Assembly (NCBI RefSeq): GCF_000940845.1
Contig: NZ_CP010341.1
Location: 1,620,001-1,652,000, forward strand
Direction of reading: 5' to 3'
Origin: Propionibacterium freudenreichii subsp. freudenreichii
GTDB lineage: Bacteria > Actinomycetota > Actinomycetes > Propionibacteriales > Propionibacteriaceae
Length of the DNA: 32,000 bases
Below, piece after piece: positions 1 to 11,881 of this stretch. The notes below the pieces were generated by a model, which saw only the letters and a list, made by a program, of their open reading frames with translations, did no database searches and was not told where the DNA came from. The position numbers and the translations under genes are program-made. Within the stretch, counting starts at the first letter, position 1; every line of letters starts with the position of its first letter.

Positions 1-1
1 G

Positions 2-589
2 CAGGGTGGGCAACTGGTGCCCGGATACCTGCAGGAGAAGGGCATCCCCGCCGATTCGCACACCGAGACCTATGCGGCCATCCGGGTGGACCTGGGCACC
101 CGGCGCTGGGCCGGCGTGCCGTTCTACCTACGGGCCGCCAAGCGCATGCCGCGGCGCGTCACGGAGGTGGCACTGGTGTTCAAGCGGGCACCCCACCTGC
201 CCTTCACCAACACCGAGACCAGCGAACTGGGCACCAATGCCCTGGTGATGCGCATCCAGCCCAACGAGGGCGTGTCAATGCACTTCGGCGCCAAGGCGCC
301 GGCGACGGCCATGGAGATCCGCCAGGTGAGCATGGACTTCGCCTATGCCGATTCGTTCAACGAGTCGATCCCCGAGGCCTACGAGCGGCTCATCCTTGAC
401 GTGCTGCTCGGTGAGCCGCCCCTGTTCCCCCGCCAGGAAGAGGTGGAGCTCAGCTGGCAGTTGCTCGATCCGGTGCTCCAGCACTGGGCCGAACAGGGCC
501 CGCCCGAGCAATATGCGTCGGGTACCTGGGGCCCGAACTCGGGCATCGACATGCTCAAGCACGATGGCTTCACCTGGCGCAGGCCGTAG
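2..589 (+). CDS. zwf: Glucose-6-phosphate dehydrogenase, C-terminal part (5' end lies outside the window)
   Basis: The frame is open from the window edge. The translation (...GYLQEKGIPADSHTETYAAIRVDLGTRRWAGVPFYLRAAKRMPRRVTEVALVFKRAPHLPF...PEAYERLILDVLLGEPPLFPR...) matches the conserved G6PD C-terminal domain. The stop is TAG at 587-589. opcA and pgl follow, as in the actinobacterial zwf-opcA-pgl operon. Confidence 0.9.
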   Translation, partial: QGGQLVPGYLQEKGIPADSHTETYAAIRVDLGTRRWAGVPFYLRAAKRMPRRVTEVALVFKRAPHLPFTNTETSELGTNALVMRIQPNEGVSMHFGAKAPATAMEIRQVSMDFAYADSFNESIPEAYERLILDVLLGEPPLFPRQEEVELSWQLLDPVLQHWAEQGPPEQYASGTWGPNSGIDMLKHDGFTWRRP

Positions 590-599
590 GAGACCGATC

Positions 600-1502
600 A
601 TGATCATCGAACTCACCAATACGAATTCGTCGGAGATTGCCGACGCCGCCATGAACGCCCGTCGCAGCACCGGACTGGCGTCCGGCCTGGTGATGACGCT
701 CATCGTCGTCAGCACCCCGCAGCAGTACACCCGCGCCTTCGATTCGGCCCAGGCGACTGCCGCGGAGCATCCGTCGAGGATCCTCATGGTGGTGAACAGC
801 AAGTCGACCAAGACCGCCATGGACGCCGAGATCCGCGTCGGCGAGGGCGTGCCCGGCGACATCATCACCCTGCGCCTGGCCGGCGAGCTCGTGGGCCGTG
901 GCGACTCCGTGGTGCTCCCCCTGCTGCTCCCCGACCTGCCGGTGGTGGCCTGGTGGCCCGGACGCGGCACCGAGTTCCCCGCACAGGATCCGATCGGACG
1001 CATGGCGGATCGGCGCATCACCGACGCCACCAACGCCGACGACCCCGTCGGCACCCTGGTGGCCCGCGCCCGCGGCACCCACAGCGCCCAGGACACGGAC
1101 CTGTCGTGGACCCGGCTCACGCGTTGGCGGGCCCTGGTGGCCTCGGCGCTGGACCAGTGCCGTCGCCCCGTGACCTCGGCGATCGTCGAGGCGGTGGAGG
1201 ACAACGCGCCCGCCGCGCTGATGGCCGCCTGGCTCGACGTGCGACTGGGCGTTCCGGTGACGGTGAACACGTCCATGGGCCCGGGGATCACCGCGGTGCG
1301 CCTGGTCACCGACGCCGGCGAGGTGGCCGTACGTCGCGTGAAGAGCAGTGATGCCGAGTACATCGTGCCCGACCAGCCGCTGCGCACCGCTGCCCTGATC
1401 CGGCGCCCCGTGGTCGACCTGTTGTCCGAGGAGTTCCGCCGGCTGGGACCCGATGACTCCTATGAGCGCGCCCTCAACCGGTTGGGAGAGCGAGCCGGAT
1501 GA
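600..1502 (+). CDS. opcA: Glucose-6-phosphate dehydrogenase assembly protein OpcA
   Basis: The ATG at 600 is preceded by AGGAG at 588-592, right after the zwf stop. The product MIIELTNTNSSEIADAAMNARR...LPDLPVVAWWPG... resembles OpcA. The track ORF start at 345 overlaps zwf and was trimmed. The stop overlaps the pgl start (ATGATG/TGA). Confidence 0.85.
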   Translation: MIIELTNTNSSEIADAAMNARRSTGLASGLVMTLIVVSTPQQYTRAFDSAQATAAEHPSRILMVVNSKSTKTAMDAEIRVGEGVPGDIITLRLAGELVGRGDSVVLPLLLPDLPVVAWWPGRGTEFPAQDPIGRMADRRITDATNADDPVGTLVARARGTHSAQDTDLSWTRLTRWRALVASALDQCRRPVTSAIVEAVEDNAPAALMAAWLDVRLGVPVTVNTSMGPGITAVRLVTDAGEVAVRRVKSSDAEYIVPDQPLRTAALIRRPVVDLLSEEFRRLGPDDSYERALNRLGERAG

Positions 1503-2257
1503 TGGCGCCGCCCATGACGAGCGCACCGCGCGTGCTGCGTTACCTGGACAACGAGGAGTTGACCACAGGTGCCGGCACGCTGCTGGTGTCGGCCCTGGCC
1601 GAGATGCAGCGCCGTCAGGAATATGTGAACCTCTGCCTGTCGGGCGGGCCCACCGTGCTGTCGGCGCTCACCCACTTCGCGGCGTTGGCGCGCACCGGTG
1701 CCTTCGATGCCTCCCGGCTGCAGCTGTGGTGGGCCAGCGAACGCTTCGTCACCACCACCGATCCGGTACGCAACTCCGTGCAGGCCCTCAGCATCCTGGC
1801 CGGCGCCGTCACCCTGGTGCCCTCCCAGATCCACGCCATGCCCTCACGCACCGGCAAGACCGACCCGGACGATGCCGCCTATGCCTACGCGAAGGACATC
1901 GGCGACACCCAGTTCGACATCACCATGCTGGAGTTGGGCGACGACGGCCACATTGCCTCGATCTTCCCCAACCACCCCAGCTATGCGGTGCAGTCGACCA
2001 CCACCCTGCAGGCTGTGGGGGTGGCCGATGCGCCCATGGATCCCCCCGAGCGGGTGACCCTGACCCTGCCGGCCATCAATCGTTCGCGCCAGGTGTGGAT
2101 GCTCGCCTCCGGAGCGACCAAGCAGGACGCGCTGGCCGGATCGCTGCGCGGCGAGTCCCGCTACCCTGCCAGCCAGGCCCACGGGGCCGACTGGACACTG
2201 TGGTTCGCCGATCAGGACGCCGCCGGGGAGCTCCCCTGCTTTCGTTGCGATCTGTGA
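1499..2257 (+). CDS. pgl: 6-phosphogluconolactonase
   Basis: The 252-aa product carries DevB/Pgl-like motifs (LCLSGGPT..., ELGDDGHIASIFPNHP, ERVTLTLPAINRSRQVWMLASGATK). The start overlaps the opcA stop, and the position after zwf-opcA is conserved. Confidence 0.88.
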   Translation: MMAPPMTSAPRVLRYLDNEELTTGAGTLLVSALAEMQRRQEYVNLCLSGGPTVLSALTHFAALARTGAFDASRLQLWWASERFVTTTDPVRNSVQALSILAGAVTLVPSQIHAMPSRTGKTDPDDAAYAYAKDIGDTQFDITMLELGDDGHIASIFPNHPSYAVQSTTTLQAVGVADAPMDPPERVTLTLPAINRSRQVWMLASGATKQDALAGSLRGESRYPASQAHGADWTLWFADQDAAGELPCFRCDL

Positions 2258-2414
2258 ATCCCCCACGCTGAGGCCCCGCCGGTAACCCTGCGGACAAGCC
2301 CGCACCGGGGAGAATCCCCCCTCGCGCTGCGGCGCCCTGCGCAGGGGTGCTGCGACCCGGCACACAGGACAGTTGGCCCGGACGCGGTTCGGCCCGACGC
2401 AGCGCAGCGGAGTT

Positions 2415-2504
2415 GGACACAGCACAACCAGACACGGCGCAGTAGGACACAGCGCAGCCAGACTCAGCGCAACCGGACTCAGCGCCGCCGGACGCAGTTC
2501 GGCC
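2415..2504. repeat. Six consecutive degenerate 15-nt tandem units (approximate consensus RGACWCAGCGCARCC) in the pgl/rbpA convergent intergenic region
   Basis: Units begin at 2415 (ggacac), 2430 (agacac), 2445 (ggacac), 2460 (agactc), 2475 (ggactc) and 2490 (ggacgc), a strict 15-nt phase. The minus-strand track ORF translates this as a 5-aa periodic SGCAE/SGCAV/SYCAV pattern. Related ggacgc/cgacgc copies at 2380 and 2395 are out of phase. Confidence 0.75.
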
Positions 2505-2541
2505 CGGACACTGGCATATCACCGTGGTGTCCGGGCCGAAC
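2497..2541. terminator. Hairpin between convergent pgl and rbpA (possible bidirectional terminator)
   Basis: gttcggcccggacac (2497-2511) is the perfect reverse complement of gtgtccgggccgaac (2527-2541), giving a 15-bp stem and a 15-nt loop. It is followed on the + strand by cgTTTGT. It lies 33 nt from the rbpA stop. Confidence 0.5.
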
Positions 2542-2573
2542 CGTTTGTACTGGCCTGTGGGGGCTCTGCGTCC

Positions 2574-2930
2574 CTAGTAGATGACCTCACCGCGGTCGCG
2601 GCGGTCCTTCAGGTGCGCCAGCGCCTCCGACAGGATCGCCTGGGCCTCCTTGTCGCTGCGACGCTCCTTCACATAGGCGAGGTGCGTCTTGTACAGCTGC
2701 GTCTTCGGCGGCGGCGGCGGGTTCTTGGGGTCCCGATTGGCCGGGAGACCGCACTTCATGCACTCCCAGTCATCGGGAACGGCGGCCTCGGAGGCGAATG
2801 AGGGACGCGTCACATGGCCGTGCGCGCAGTAATAGGAAACCTGGATGCGGGGTGCGACCTCGCCGCGCTCCGCCTCCCCCATGGGACCTGCACCGACACG
2901 GCTGCCGCGGATAGCGCTGCCACTTGACAC
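2574..2930 (-). CDS. rbpA: RNA polymerase-binding protein RbpA
   Basis: The GTG start at 2930 follows AAGGAG by 9 nt. The product (…IRGSRVGAGPMGEAERGEVAPRIQVSYYCAHGHVTRPSFA…PDDWECMKCGLPA…YKTHLAYVKERRS…) follows the actinobacteria-specific RbpA pattern. Confidence 0.88.
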   Translation of the reverse strand: MSSGSAIRGSRVGAGPMGEAERGEVAPRIQVSYYCAHGHVTRPSFASEAAVPDDWECMKCGLPANRDPKNPPPPPKTQLYKTHLAYVKERRSDKEAQAILSEALAHLKDRRDRGEVIY

Positions 2931-3002
2931 TGGATTGTGCTCCTTGCTGAGTCTTGATGAATTCAGACTTCAAGAATGAAGCCTACAAGGGGGGGTTGAC
3001 GG

Positions 3003-3266
3003 TCAGCCGATGTGCTTGTAGAGCACAAGCAGGCCGAGGATGCAGGCAACCCACAGAAGACCGATGATGACGGTGAGCCGATTGAGCATTCGCTCCGCTG
3101 CCGAGGTGCCACCTGTGGAGGTGGACATTCCACCGCCGAACAGGTCACCCATGCCACCACCCTGACTGCGGTGGAGCAGGATGAACGCCGTGAGCACGAA
3201 GCTGAGGACAATGAGGACGATCGACAGGGTAATCGTCGGCCACGTCATAAGTGGAACTAGCATCAC
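3003..3266 (-). CDS. secG: Preprotein translocase subunit SecG
   Basis: This small two-TM protein has the glycine-rich loop (HRSQGGGMGDLFGGGMSTSTGG) typical of SecG. It sits directly downstream of tpiA, as is usual. The start is ambiguous (GTG 3266, ATG 3263 or ATG 3248). Confidence 0.8.
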   Translation of the reverse strand: MMLVPLMTWPTITLSIVLIVLSFVLTAFILLHRSQGGGMGDLFGGGMSTSTGGTSAAERMLNRLTVIIGLLWVACILGLLVLYKHIG

Positions 3267-3385
3267 TTGGCAATGTTAACCCACCGTGGCGGTTTACCCG
3301 AACCGACGCTGTGCCACCACGGGCCGGGAAAGGGCCCGACAGCGCCGTGGCTGCCGGGCCCCTCACACAGTGATCGGGCAGCTGA

Positions 3386-4174
3386 TCAGGCCTGTGCCAT
3401 CGCGTAGAAGCGCACGATGGCGGCGAAATCATCGGCCTTGAGGCTGGCGCGACCGACCAGTGCGCCGTCGATGTCGGGCTTCGCCATGATGGCCGCCACG
3501 GTGCCGGGCTTCACGGAGCCGCCGTACTGGATGCGCACGGCGTCCCCGGTCGGGGCGTCGTACAGGTCCGCCACGGCGGCACGGATGGCGCCGCAGACCT
3601 CCTGGGCGTCCTCGGGGGTCGCCACCTCGCCGGTGCCGATGGCCCAGATGGGCTCATAGGCGATCACCAGGGAGGCAGCCTGCTCGGCCGTGATGCCGGC
3701 CAGCGCGCCGGTGACCTGGGCCAACACGTGCTCGACGTGCTTGCCGGCCTTGCGCACCTCCAGGCTCTCGCCCACGCAGATGATCGGCGTCAGGCCGGCG
3801 TCGAGGGCCTTGCGGGCCTTCGCGTTGACGACCTCGTCGGTCTCGGCGTGGTACTCGCGCCGCTCCGAGTGCCCGACGACCACATAGCTGCAACCCAGCT
3901 TGGTGAGCATCGACGAGCTGATGTCGCCGGTGTAGGCGCCGTCATCGTGGGGCGACAGGTCCTGCGCGCCGTAGACGATCGGCAGCTTGTCGCCCTCGAC
4001 GAGCGTCTGCACGGTGCGCAGGGCGGTGAACGGCGGGATCACCACGCATTCGGACTGCTCGGGGTCGTACCCCTTGTCGGCCAGCGTGAACGCCAGCTTC
4101 TGCACCAGACCGACGGCGTCGATGTGGTTCAGGTTCATCTTCCAGTTGCCCGCCATGATCGGCTTGCGTGCCAT
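3386..4174 (-). CDS. tpiA: Triosephosphate isomerase
   Basis: The 262-aa product carries [14 protein letters not shown]..., VVGHSERR and [11 protein letters not shown] motifs. It lies 2 nt downstream of pgk. Confidence 0.95.
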   Translation of the reverse strand: MARKPIMAGNWKMNLNHIDAVGLVQKLAFTLADKGYDPEQSECVVIPPFTALRTVQTLVEGDKLPIVYGAQDLSPHDDGAYTGDISSSMLTKLGCSYVVVGHSERREYHAETDEVVNAKARKALDAGLTPIICVGESLEVRKAGKHVEHVLAQVTGALAGITAEQAASLVIAYEPIWAIGTGEVATPEDAQEVCGAIRAAVADLYDAPTGDAVRIQYGGSVKPGTVAAIMAKPDIDGALVGRASLKADDFAAIVRFYAMAQA

Positions 4175-4176
4175 GC

Positions 4177-5388
4177 TTAATTCTCCTTGTCCAGGACTGC
4201 CAGACCCGGCAGTTCCTTGCCCTCCAGATACTCCAACGAAGCGCCACCGCCCGTGGAGATCCAGCTGAACTGATCATCGGTGTATCCGAACTTGCGTACT
4301 GCTGCGGCCGAGTCGCCGCCGCCGATCACGCTGAATGCGTCGCCGGTGGCCAGTGCCCTGGCGATCGCCCTGGTGCCGTTGGCGAGCTCATCGATCTCCG
4401 AGACGCCCGCGGGCCCGTTCCAGAACACGGTCCTGGCGCCGGCGATCTGCTCGGCGAACAGCTTCTCGGTCGCGGGACCGATGTCGAGGCCCTCCTGGTC
4501 GGCGGGGATGTCGTCGACCGACACCACCGAGACCGGGCCGTCGACGGTGCGGGCGTCCAGGTCCATGCCCTTTGCCACGCGCACGTCCACGGGCAACAGG
4601 ATCGACTTGCCGGCCGCCTTGGCGTCGGCCAGGTAGCCACGGCAGGCGTCGACCTTCGAGGCGTCGAGGATCGATCCGCCGACCTGCTTGCCCTGGGCCC
4701 TGAGGAATGTGTACGCCATGCCGCCGACAATGATCAGGGTGTCGGCCACCTTGAGCAGGTTGTCGATGACGGCCAGCTTGTCGGCCACCTTCGCGCCGCC
4801 CAGCACCACCACATAGGGGCGCTCGGGGTCGTGGGTGATCTTCGACAGCACCGACACCTCCTTGCCCACCAGTTCACCGGCCGCGCTCGGCAGCAGCTTG
4901 GCGATGTCGTAGACGCTCGCCTGCTTGCGATGCACCACGCCGAAGCCATCGGAGACGAAGTAGTTGCCCAGCTCGGCGTACTTCTTGGCCAGCTCCATGC
5001 GCTCGGCGTCGTCCTTGCTGGTCTCGGCGGGCTCGAAGCGCACATTCTCGACCAGGGCGATCTCGCCGTCGTTGAGGTTCGCCGAGGCCTTCAGCGCCGA
5101 CAGCCCGACGGTGTCGGTGGCGAACTCGACGTGCTGGCCGAGCAGGTCGGCGAGCCGCTTGGCGACCGGGGCCAGCGACAGCTTGGGGTCGCGCTTGCCC
5201 TTGGGGCGGCCCAGGTGGGCCATCGCGGTGACGCGGGCACCCTGGCCCAGCAGTGCCTCGAGGGTGGGCAGCGCTGCCCTGATACGTCCGTCGTCGGTGA
5301 TTTCCTCACCCTTGAGTGGCACATTGAAGTCGCAGCGGATGACGACGCGCTTGCCGCGCAGGTCACCGAGATCCGAAAGGGTTCTCAC
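4177..5388 (-). CDS. pgk: Phosphoglycerate kinase
   Basis: The GTG start at 5388 follows AGGAG by 7 nt. The product reads [25 protein letters not shown]...HLGRPKG...GGGDSAAA. Confidence 0.95.
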   Translation of the reverse strand: MRTLSDLGDLRGKRVVIRCDFNVPLKGEEITDDGRIRAALPTLEALLGQGARVTAMAHLGRPKGKRDPKLSLAPVAKRLADLLGQHVEFATDTVGLSALKASANLNDGEIALVENVRFEPAETSKDDAERMELAKKYAELGNYFVSDGFGVVHRKQASVYDIAKLLPSAAGELVGKEVSVLSKITHDPERPYVVVLGGAKVADKLAVIDNLLKVADTLIIVGGMAYTFLRAQGKQVGGSILDASKVDACRGYLADAKAAGKSILLPVDVRVAKGMDLDARTVDGPVSVVSVDDIPADQEGLDIGPATEKLFAEQIAGARTVFWNGPAGVSEIDELANGTRAIARALATGDAFSVIGGGDSAAAVRKFGYTDDQFSWISTGGGASLEYLEGKELPGLAVLDKEN

Positions 5389-5439
5389 TGTTCATCTCCT
5401 GAAAACTGGTGGTTGATGTTGTCGATGGTGGACGCCGGC

Positions 5440-5530
5440 CCACCGGCCGATCGTGCAGGATCGGGAGCCCGGTGGTCACGCCCCGATACCCACACAGGGC
5501 GCGCCAGCCGAAGCCAGCACGCCCTGTGTG
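5440..5530 (-). terminator. Two tandem GC-rich hairpins in the gap-pgk intergenic spacer (attenuator or processing/stability element)
   Basis: Hairpin A has an outer stem ccaccgg (5440-5446) / ccggtgg (5469-5475) enclosing an inner stem ccgatc (5447-5452) / gatcgg (5459-5464). Hairpin B has cacacagggcg (5491-5501) / cgccctgtgtg (5520-5530), an 11-bp perfect stem with an 18-nt loop. No U-tract follows either hairpin on the minus strand. Confidence 0.4.
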
Positions 5531-5551
5531 ATCACGGTATTGAGTTGTGGA

Positions 5552-8045
<2,494 letters not shown>

Positions 8046-8049
<4 letters not shown>

Positions 8050-8771
8050 CGCAGTGACTCCCCCGGGGTCATGCCGGCTTCCGTGGCGGTGTCGGCGATG
8101 ATGTGGCCATCACTCATCGTGACCGTCCGCGAACACCACGCCGCCACACCCGGATCATGGGTCACCATCACCAACGATGCCCCATTTGCTGACACAGAAC
8201 TCGTCAGCACTTCCATCACCTCCCGGCCGGTGCCCTGATCCAATGCACCCGTCGGCTCATCAGCAAAGACCACCCCCGGTCCATGCACCAACGCCCGGGC
8301 AATTGCCACCCGTTGCGCCTGTCCACCCGAAAGTTGGCCCGGACGCCGTTGCTCAATCCCGGCCAGGCCGAACCGGCCCAGCCACTCATGGGCCCGCGCC
8401 ACGGCCTCGCGACGGGACAGACCCGCCATGATCAACGGCAGCGCCACGTTCTCCTCGTTTGTCAGCTCCGGCAATAGCTGGCCGTCCTGGAAGACAAAGC
8501 CAAAGGACGACAACCGCAGAGCACTGCGTTCGGCATCCGATAGCGCTCGGATGGACCCTCCCTTGAGGAGGACATCCCCCTCGTCCGGAAGCAGGATGCC
8601 CCCAAGCACATGCAGGAGGGTCGATTTTCCGCAGCCAGAGGGTCCCATCACGGCCACGGTTTCGCCGTGCCGAATGGCCAGGTCAACACCAGCCAGTGCG
8701 GAGACCGGCCCATAGTTCTTGACCAGGCCTACGGCGCTCAGAACGTCGCGTGGATCATCGGGACTCATCAT
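8046..8771 (-). CDS. ABC transporter ATP-binding protein (MacB/LolD-like)
   Basis: Walker [11 protein letters not shown]-loop FVFQ, signature [15 protein letters not shown], Walker [13 protein letters not shown] and H-loop VTHD are all present. Confidence 0.9.
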
Positions 8772-8833
8772 GGACCCAACGATTCACGCCACGACCCTCA
8801 CCGCGCATCAGGCCCCGGGTGGATCCTCGGGTA

Positions 8834-9817
8834 CTACCGCTCGGTGAGCATCTCCGGCGTCAGCGCCGCCTCGGTCGTAGGGACGCCACGATCGGTGGCG
8901 GTCTTGTCGGCCAGCGCGAGGAGCCGGCGGATGCGTCCGGCCACCGCGTCCTTGGTGAGGGGCGGGTCATTGAGGTGCCCCAACTCCTCGAGGCTCGCCT
9001 GGCGGTGCGCCAGGCGCAGTTCGCCGGCCGCCCGCAGGTGATCGGGAGCGTCATCCCCGAGGATCTCCAGGGCGCGTTCCACCCGGGCGCTGGAGGCCAC
9101 GGCGGCGCGAGCCGAGCGCCGCAGGTTGGCGTCGTCGAAGTTGGCGAGCCGGTTGGCGCTGGCACGCACCTCCCGGCGCATCCGGCGTTCCTCCCAGGCG
9201 AGCACGGACTCGTGAGCCCCCATGCGGGTGAGCAACGCCGAGATCGCGTCGCCGTCGCGCACCACGACCCGATCCATCTGGCGCACCTCGCGCGCCTTGG
9301 CACTGATTCCCAGGCGACGTGCGCAGCCGACCAGCGCCAGGGCGGCCTCTGAGCTGGGACAGGTGACCTCCAGGCCCATGGAACGGCCCGGCTCCGTCAA
9401 TGAGCCCCGGGCCAGGAAAGCCCCGCGCCAGGCGGCGACCTGGTCCTGCATGGATCCACCGACCACCTGGGCGGGCAGTCCCCGCACGGGACGCCGGTGC
9501 TGGTCGATCAGCCCGGTCCGACGTGCCAGAGCCTCACCGTGGCGCACCAGGCGCACCACATAGCGGGTGCGCCGACGCAGCCCGGAGGCATTGACCACCA
9601 CCACCTCGGAATCGAAGCCGTAGAGCTCCGCGAGCGCGGTGCGCAACCGCCTGGCCGCGTTGCCAGAATCCAGTTCGGCCTCGATGACGATGTGGCCACT
9701 CACCACGTGGATGCCGCCGGCGAAACGCAGCATGGCGGCCACCTCGGCGGCACGCGCCTCGGGCTTCAGCTCCCCAACGGTCGCCAGCTCCGCCTTCACC
9801 TGCTGTGTCAGTGCCAT
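8834..9817 (-). CDS. whiA: DNA-binding sporulation/cell-division regulator WhiA
   Basis: The ATG at 9817 follows GAGGA by 7-8 nt. The product [14 protein letters not shown]... ends in a helix-turn-helix region (ASLEELGHL…[14 protein letters not shown]). It sits downstream of yvcK/rapZ as in other Actinobacteria. The track ORF start at 9871 overlaps the yvcK stop and was trimmed. Confidence 0.9.
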   Translation of the reverse strand: MALTQQVKAELATVGELKPEARAAEVAAMLRFAGGIHVVSGHIVIEAELDSGNAARRLRTALAELYGFDSEVVVVNASGLRRRTRYVVRLVRHGEALARRTGLIDQHRRPVRGLPAQVVGGSMQDQVAAWRGAFLARGSLTEPGRSMGLEVTCPSSEAALALVGCARRLGISAKAREVRQMDRVVVRDGDAISALLTRMGAHESVLAWEERRMRREVRASANRLANFDDANLRRSARAAVASSARVERALEILGDDAPDHLRAAGELRLAHRQASLEELGHLNDPPLTKDAVAGRIRRLLALADKTATDRGVPTTEAALTPEMLTER

Positions 9818-9860
9818 CAATCTGTCCTCGTTGTCCTTCTCGTCGTCACCAATGGGGCTC

Positions 9861-10829
9861 TCACATCTCAAGGTCTGCCTCGGCGCCGCCCATCACCTCG
9901 CGGTAGACGGCGGCGAGCCTCAACCGATCATGCCGTGCCGTGTGGTCGTGCATCGCCACATCATCCACGACGAGATCGGCCCCGAGCGTTGCACATGTCT
10001 CGGCCAACGCCGCATCCGAGGCGGCGAAGGCCTCGTCGGCGACCACTGTATTGAGTCGCAGGCCGGGAGCATGCTCGGCGATCAGTTCGATGTGGCGGCT
10101 GGGCGAGAAGCCGGCGGTCTCCAACCCCGAGGTCACATTGAGCGTCAGGATCTTGTGGGCCGGGCTGGCGATGATGGCGGCCGCCAGCTGCGGGATGAGC
10201 AGATGCGGCAACACGGAGGTGAACCACGAGCCGGGCCCCAGCACGATGTAGTCGGCCCGCTCGATGGCGGTGAGCGCCTGCGGGCAGGCGGGCGGGTCGG
10301 CGGGCAGCAGGCGGATCGCCTGCACCCGGCCGTTGGTGGAGGCCACCATGTGCTGGCCACGCAGCACGTGCACCTCGTTGGGGAATTCGACCTCCAGGCC
10401 GAGCACGTCCGCCTCGATGTTCAACGGCTCGGTGGAGGCCGGCAGCACCCGTCCGCGCGCATCGACGAGCTCCCCGACCAGACCCAGGCCCCGGACCGGG
10501 TCGCTGATCGCCTGCCAGACGCCCTCGATGAGCAGGTTGCCCACCGCGTGGCCGTCCAACGGGCCCTCGGAACGGAACCGCGACTGCAGCACGGAGGCCC
10601 AGCGCCGTCCGTTGTGGTCGTCGCCACACAGGGCGGCCAGCGCCATGCGCAGGTCGCCCGGGGGAAGCCCGCCGAATTCCTCCCGGAGTCGTCCCGAACT
10701 GCCGCCATCATCGGCCACGGTCACCACGGCCGTCAGCTGATCGGTCACCTGCCGCAGCGCCGACAACGAGGCGGACAGGCCGTGGCCGCCGCCCAGCGCC
10801 ACCACCGACGGCAGCTCGCCGCCGCTCAT
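9861..10829 (-). CDS. yvcK: Gluconeogenesis factor YvcK/CuvA family protein (CofD-like)
   Basis: The ATG at 10829 overlaps the rapZ stop (ATGA). The product reads [49 protein letters not shown]..., the characteristic UPF0052/YvcK N-terminus. Confidence 0.88.
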   Translation of the reverse strand: MSGGELPSVVALGGGHGLSASLSALRQVTDQLTAVVTVADDGGSSGRLREEFGGLPPGDLRMALAALCGDDHNGRRWASVLQSRFRSEGPLDGHAVGNLLIEGVWQAISDPVRGLGLVGELVDARGRVLPASTEPLNIEADVLGLEVEFPNEVHVLRGQHMVASTNGRVQAIRLLPADPPACPQALTAIERADYIVLGPGSWFTSVLPHLLIPQLAAAIIASPAHKILTLNVTSGLETAGFSPSRHIELIAEHAPGLRLNTVVADEAFAASDAALAETCATLGADLVVDDVAMHDHTARHDRLRLAAVYREVMGGAEADLEM

Positions 10830-11710
10830 TCCAGCCCCAGGTCTCGGTGCAGGACGCTCACCTGCATGCCCCGGTGGCGCAGCCTGCCGGCCAGCGCCTC
10901 GCTGATGGCGGTGCTGCGGTGCTTGCCGCCGGTGCACCCGATGGCAAGGGTCACCTGCTGCTTGCCCTCGCGCAGGTATCCGGGCGTCACCACCTCGAAG
11001 AGGTGGTCGAGGGTGGTCAGGAACTCCTCCGCACCGGGCTGCTCCAGCACATAGTTGCTGACCTCCTTCGACAGGCCGGTCTGGGGCCGCAGCTCGGGTA
11101 CCCAGTGCGGATTGGGCAGGAAGCGGACGTCGAAGACGAGGTCGGCGTCCAGCGGCACGCCATTCTTGAAGCCGAAGCTCATCACCTGCACGCGCAGGGT
11201 GTCGGCCACGTCGCCGCCATAGATGTGCGCAACCCGGGCGGTGAGCTGGTGCACATTGAGATTCGAGGTGTCGATCACCATGTCGGCGCTGGCCCGCAGG
11301 TCGGACAGCATGCGCCGTTCCTTGATGATGCCCTCCATGAGGCGGCCATCGCCCTGCAGCGGCAGCCGACGTCGGCTCGACTCCTGTCGGCGCACGATCA
11401 CCTCATCGCTGGCCTCCAGGAAGACGATCTCCGGGGAGATGCCGTCGGCCTCCAGCTGGGTGAACACCATCGGCAGCTGCTCGAACATGTCGCGACTGCG
11501 CACGTCCAGGCCCACCGCGAGCCGGGTGAAGCCCGAGTTGTTGGCGGTGCCGATCAGCTGCGGCAGCATGCTCGGCGGCAGGTTGTCGACCACGAACCAG
11601 CCGAGGTCCTCCATGGCATGGGCGCAGGTGCGTCGGCCGGCGCCCGACAGACCGGTGATGATGACCGTGCGGGGATGCTTCGGAAGGCTGGGCGCCAATG
11701 TCTGGTTCAC
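10826..11710 (-). CDS. rapZ: RNase adapter / nucleotide-binding protein RapZ
   Basis: A P-loop ITGLSGAGRRT lies near the N-terminus, and the conserved C-terminal IGCTGGKHRS motif is present. The start is uncertain. I chose GTG 11710 (294 aa, typical length). The upstream in-frame stretch to 11902 is Arg/Pro-rich and repeat-containing, and looks non-coding. ATG 11788 is an alternative. Confidence 0.8.
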   Translation of the reverse strand: MNQTLAPSLPKHPRTVIITGLSGAGRRTCAHAMEDLGWFVVDNLPPSMLPQLIGTANNSGFTRLAVGLDVRSRDMFEQLPMVFTQLEADGISPEIVFLEASDEVIVRRQESSRRRLPLQGDGRLMEGIIKERRMLSDLRASADMVIDTSNLNVHQLTARVAHIYGGDVADTLRVQVMSFGFKNGVPLDADLVFDVRFLPNPHWVPELRPQTGLSKEVSNYVLEQPGAEEFLTTLDHLFEVVTPGYLREGKQQVTLAIGCTGGKHRSTAISEALAGRLRHRGMQVSVLHRDLGLE

Positions 11711-11820
11711 GCCCCAATTATTGCCGAGATGACGGCGGGTGCCCCGAAATGGAGCTTTTCGCCGTTCCGGCGGCGGGCCATGACGCATCCGTGCGCCCCG
11801 AGCGGGGTCGCCGTACGCTG

Positions 11821-11881
11821 CTCCATCCCGTCGGGCTCGTTCCCACCGGGACTCCTTCCCGTCGGGGCCCCTTCCCACCGA
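11821..11881. repeat. Two tandem copies of a roughly 28-29-nt unit (period 31 nt) in the uvrC-rapZ spacer
   Basis: Copy 1 is ctccatcccgtcgggctcgttcccaccg (11821-11848). Copy 2 is ctccttcccgtcggggccccttcccaccg (11852-11880). A third partial cccaccgg lies at 11898-11905, abutting the uvrC stop. On the transcribed (minus) strand each unit reads CGGTGGGAA...CCGACGGGA(A/T)GGAG. Confidence 0.7.

Noticed and set aside
345-599. The upstream part of the 385-aa ORF, which would make opcA start inside zwf.
   Set aside because: It overlaps the zwf coding frame for 245 nt. The OpcA-like sequence begins at ATG 600, which has its own AGGAG.
2335-2346. A perfect 12-nt palindrome ccctgcgcaggg in the pgl-rbpA spacer.
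   Set aside because: It is short and GC-only, with no loop for a hairpin and no second copy. Such a palindrome is plausibly a chance occurrence in DNA of this composition, and it is not supportable as an operator.
2384-2400. A GGTTCGGCCC segment superficially resembling a tRNA T-arm (GGTTCGAATCC).
   Set aside because: No acceptor, D or anticodon stems can be built around it. It is part of the intergenic repeat family instead.
2931-3002. An AT-richer stretch with overlapping short inverted repeats (tcttga…tcaaga, agtct…agact) upstream of rbpA, considered as a promoter/operator including a sigma-R type GGAAT-N18-GTT motif.
   Set aside because: A promoter for rbpA very likely lies here (TAGGCT is a possible -10). 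I could not find a convincing -35/-10 pair or the sigma-R motif, so no specific feature is called.
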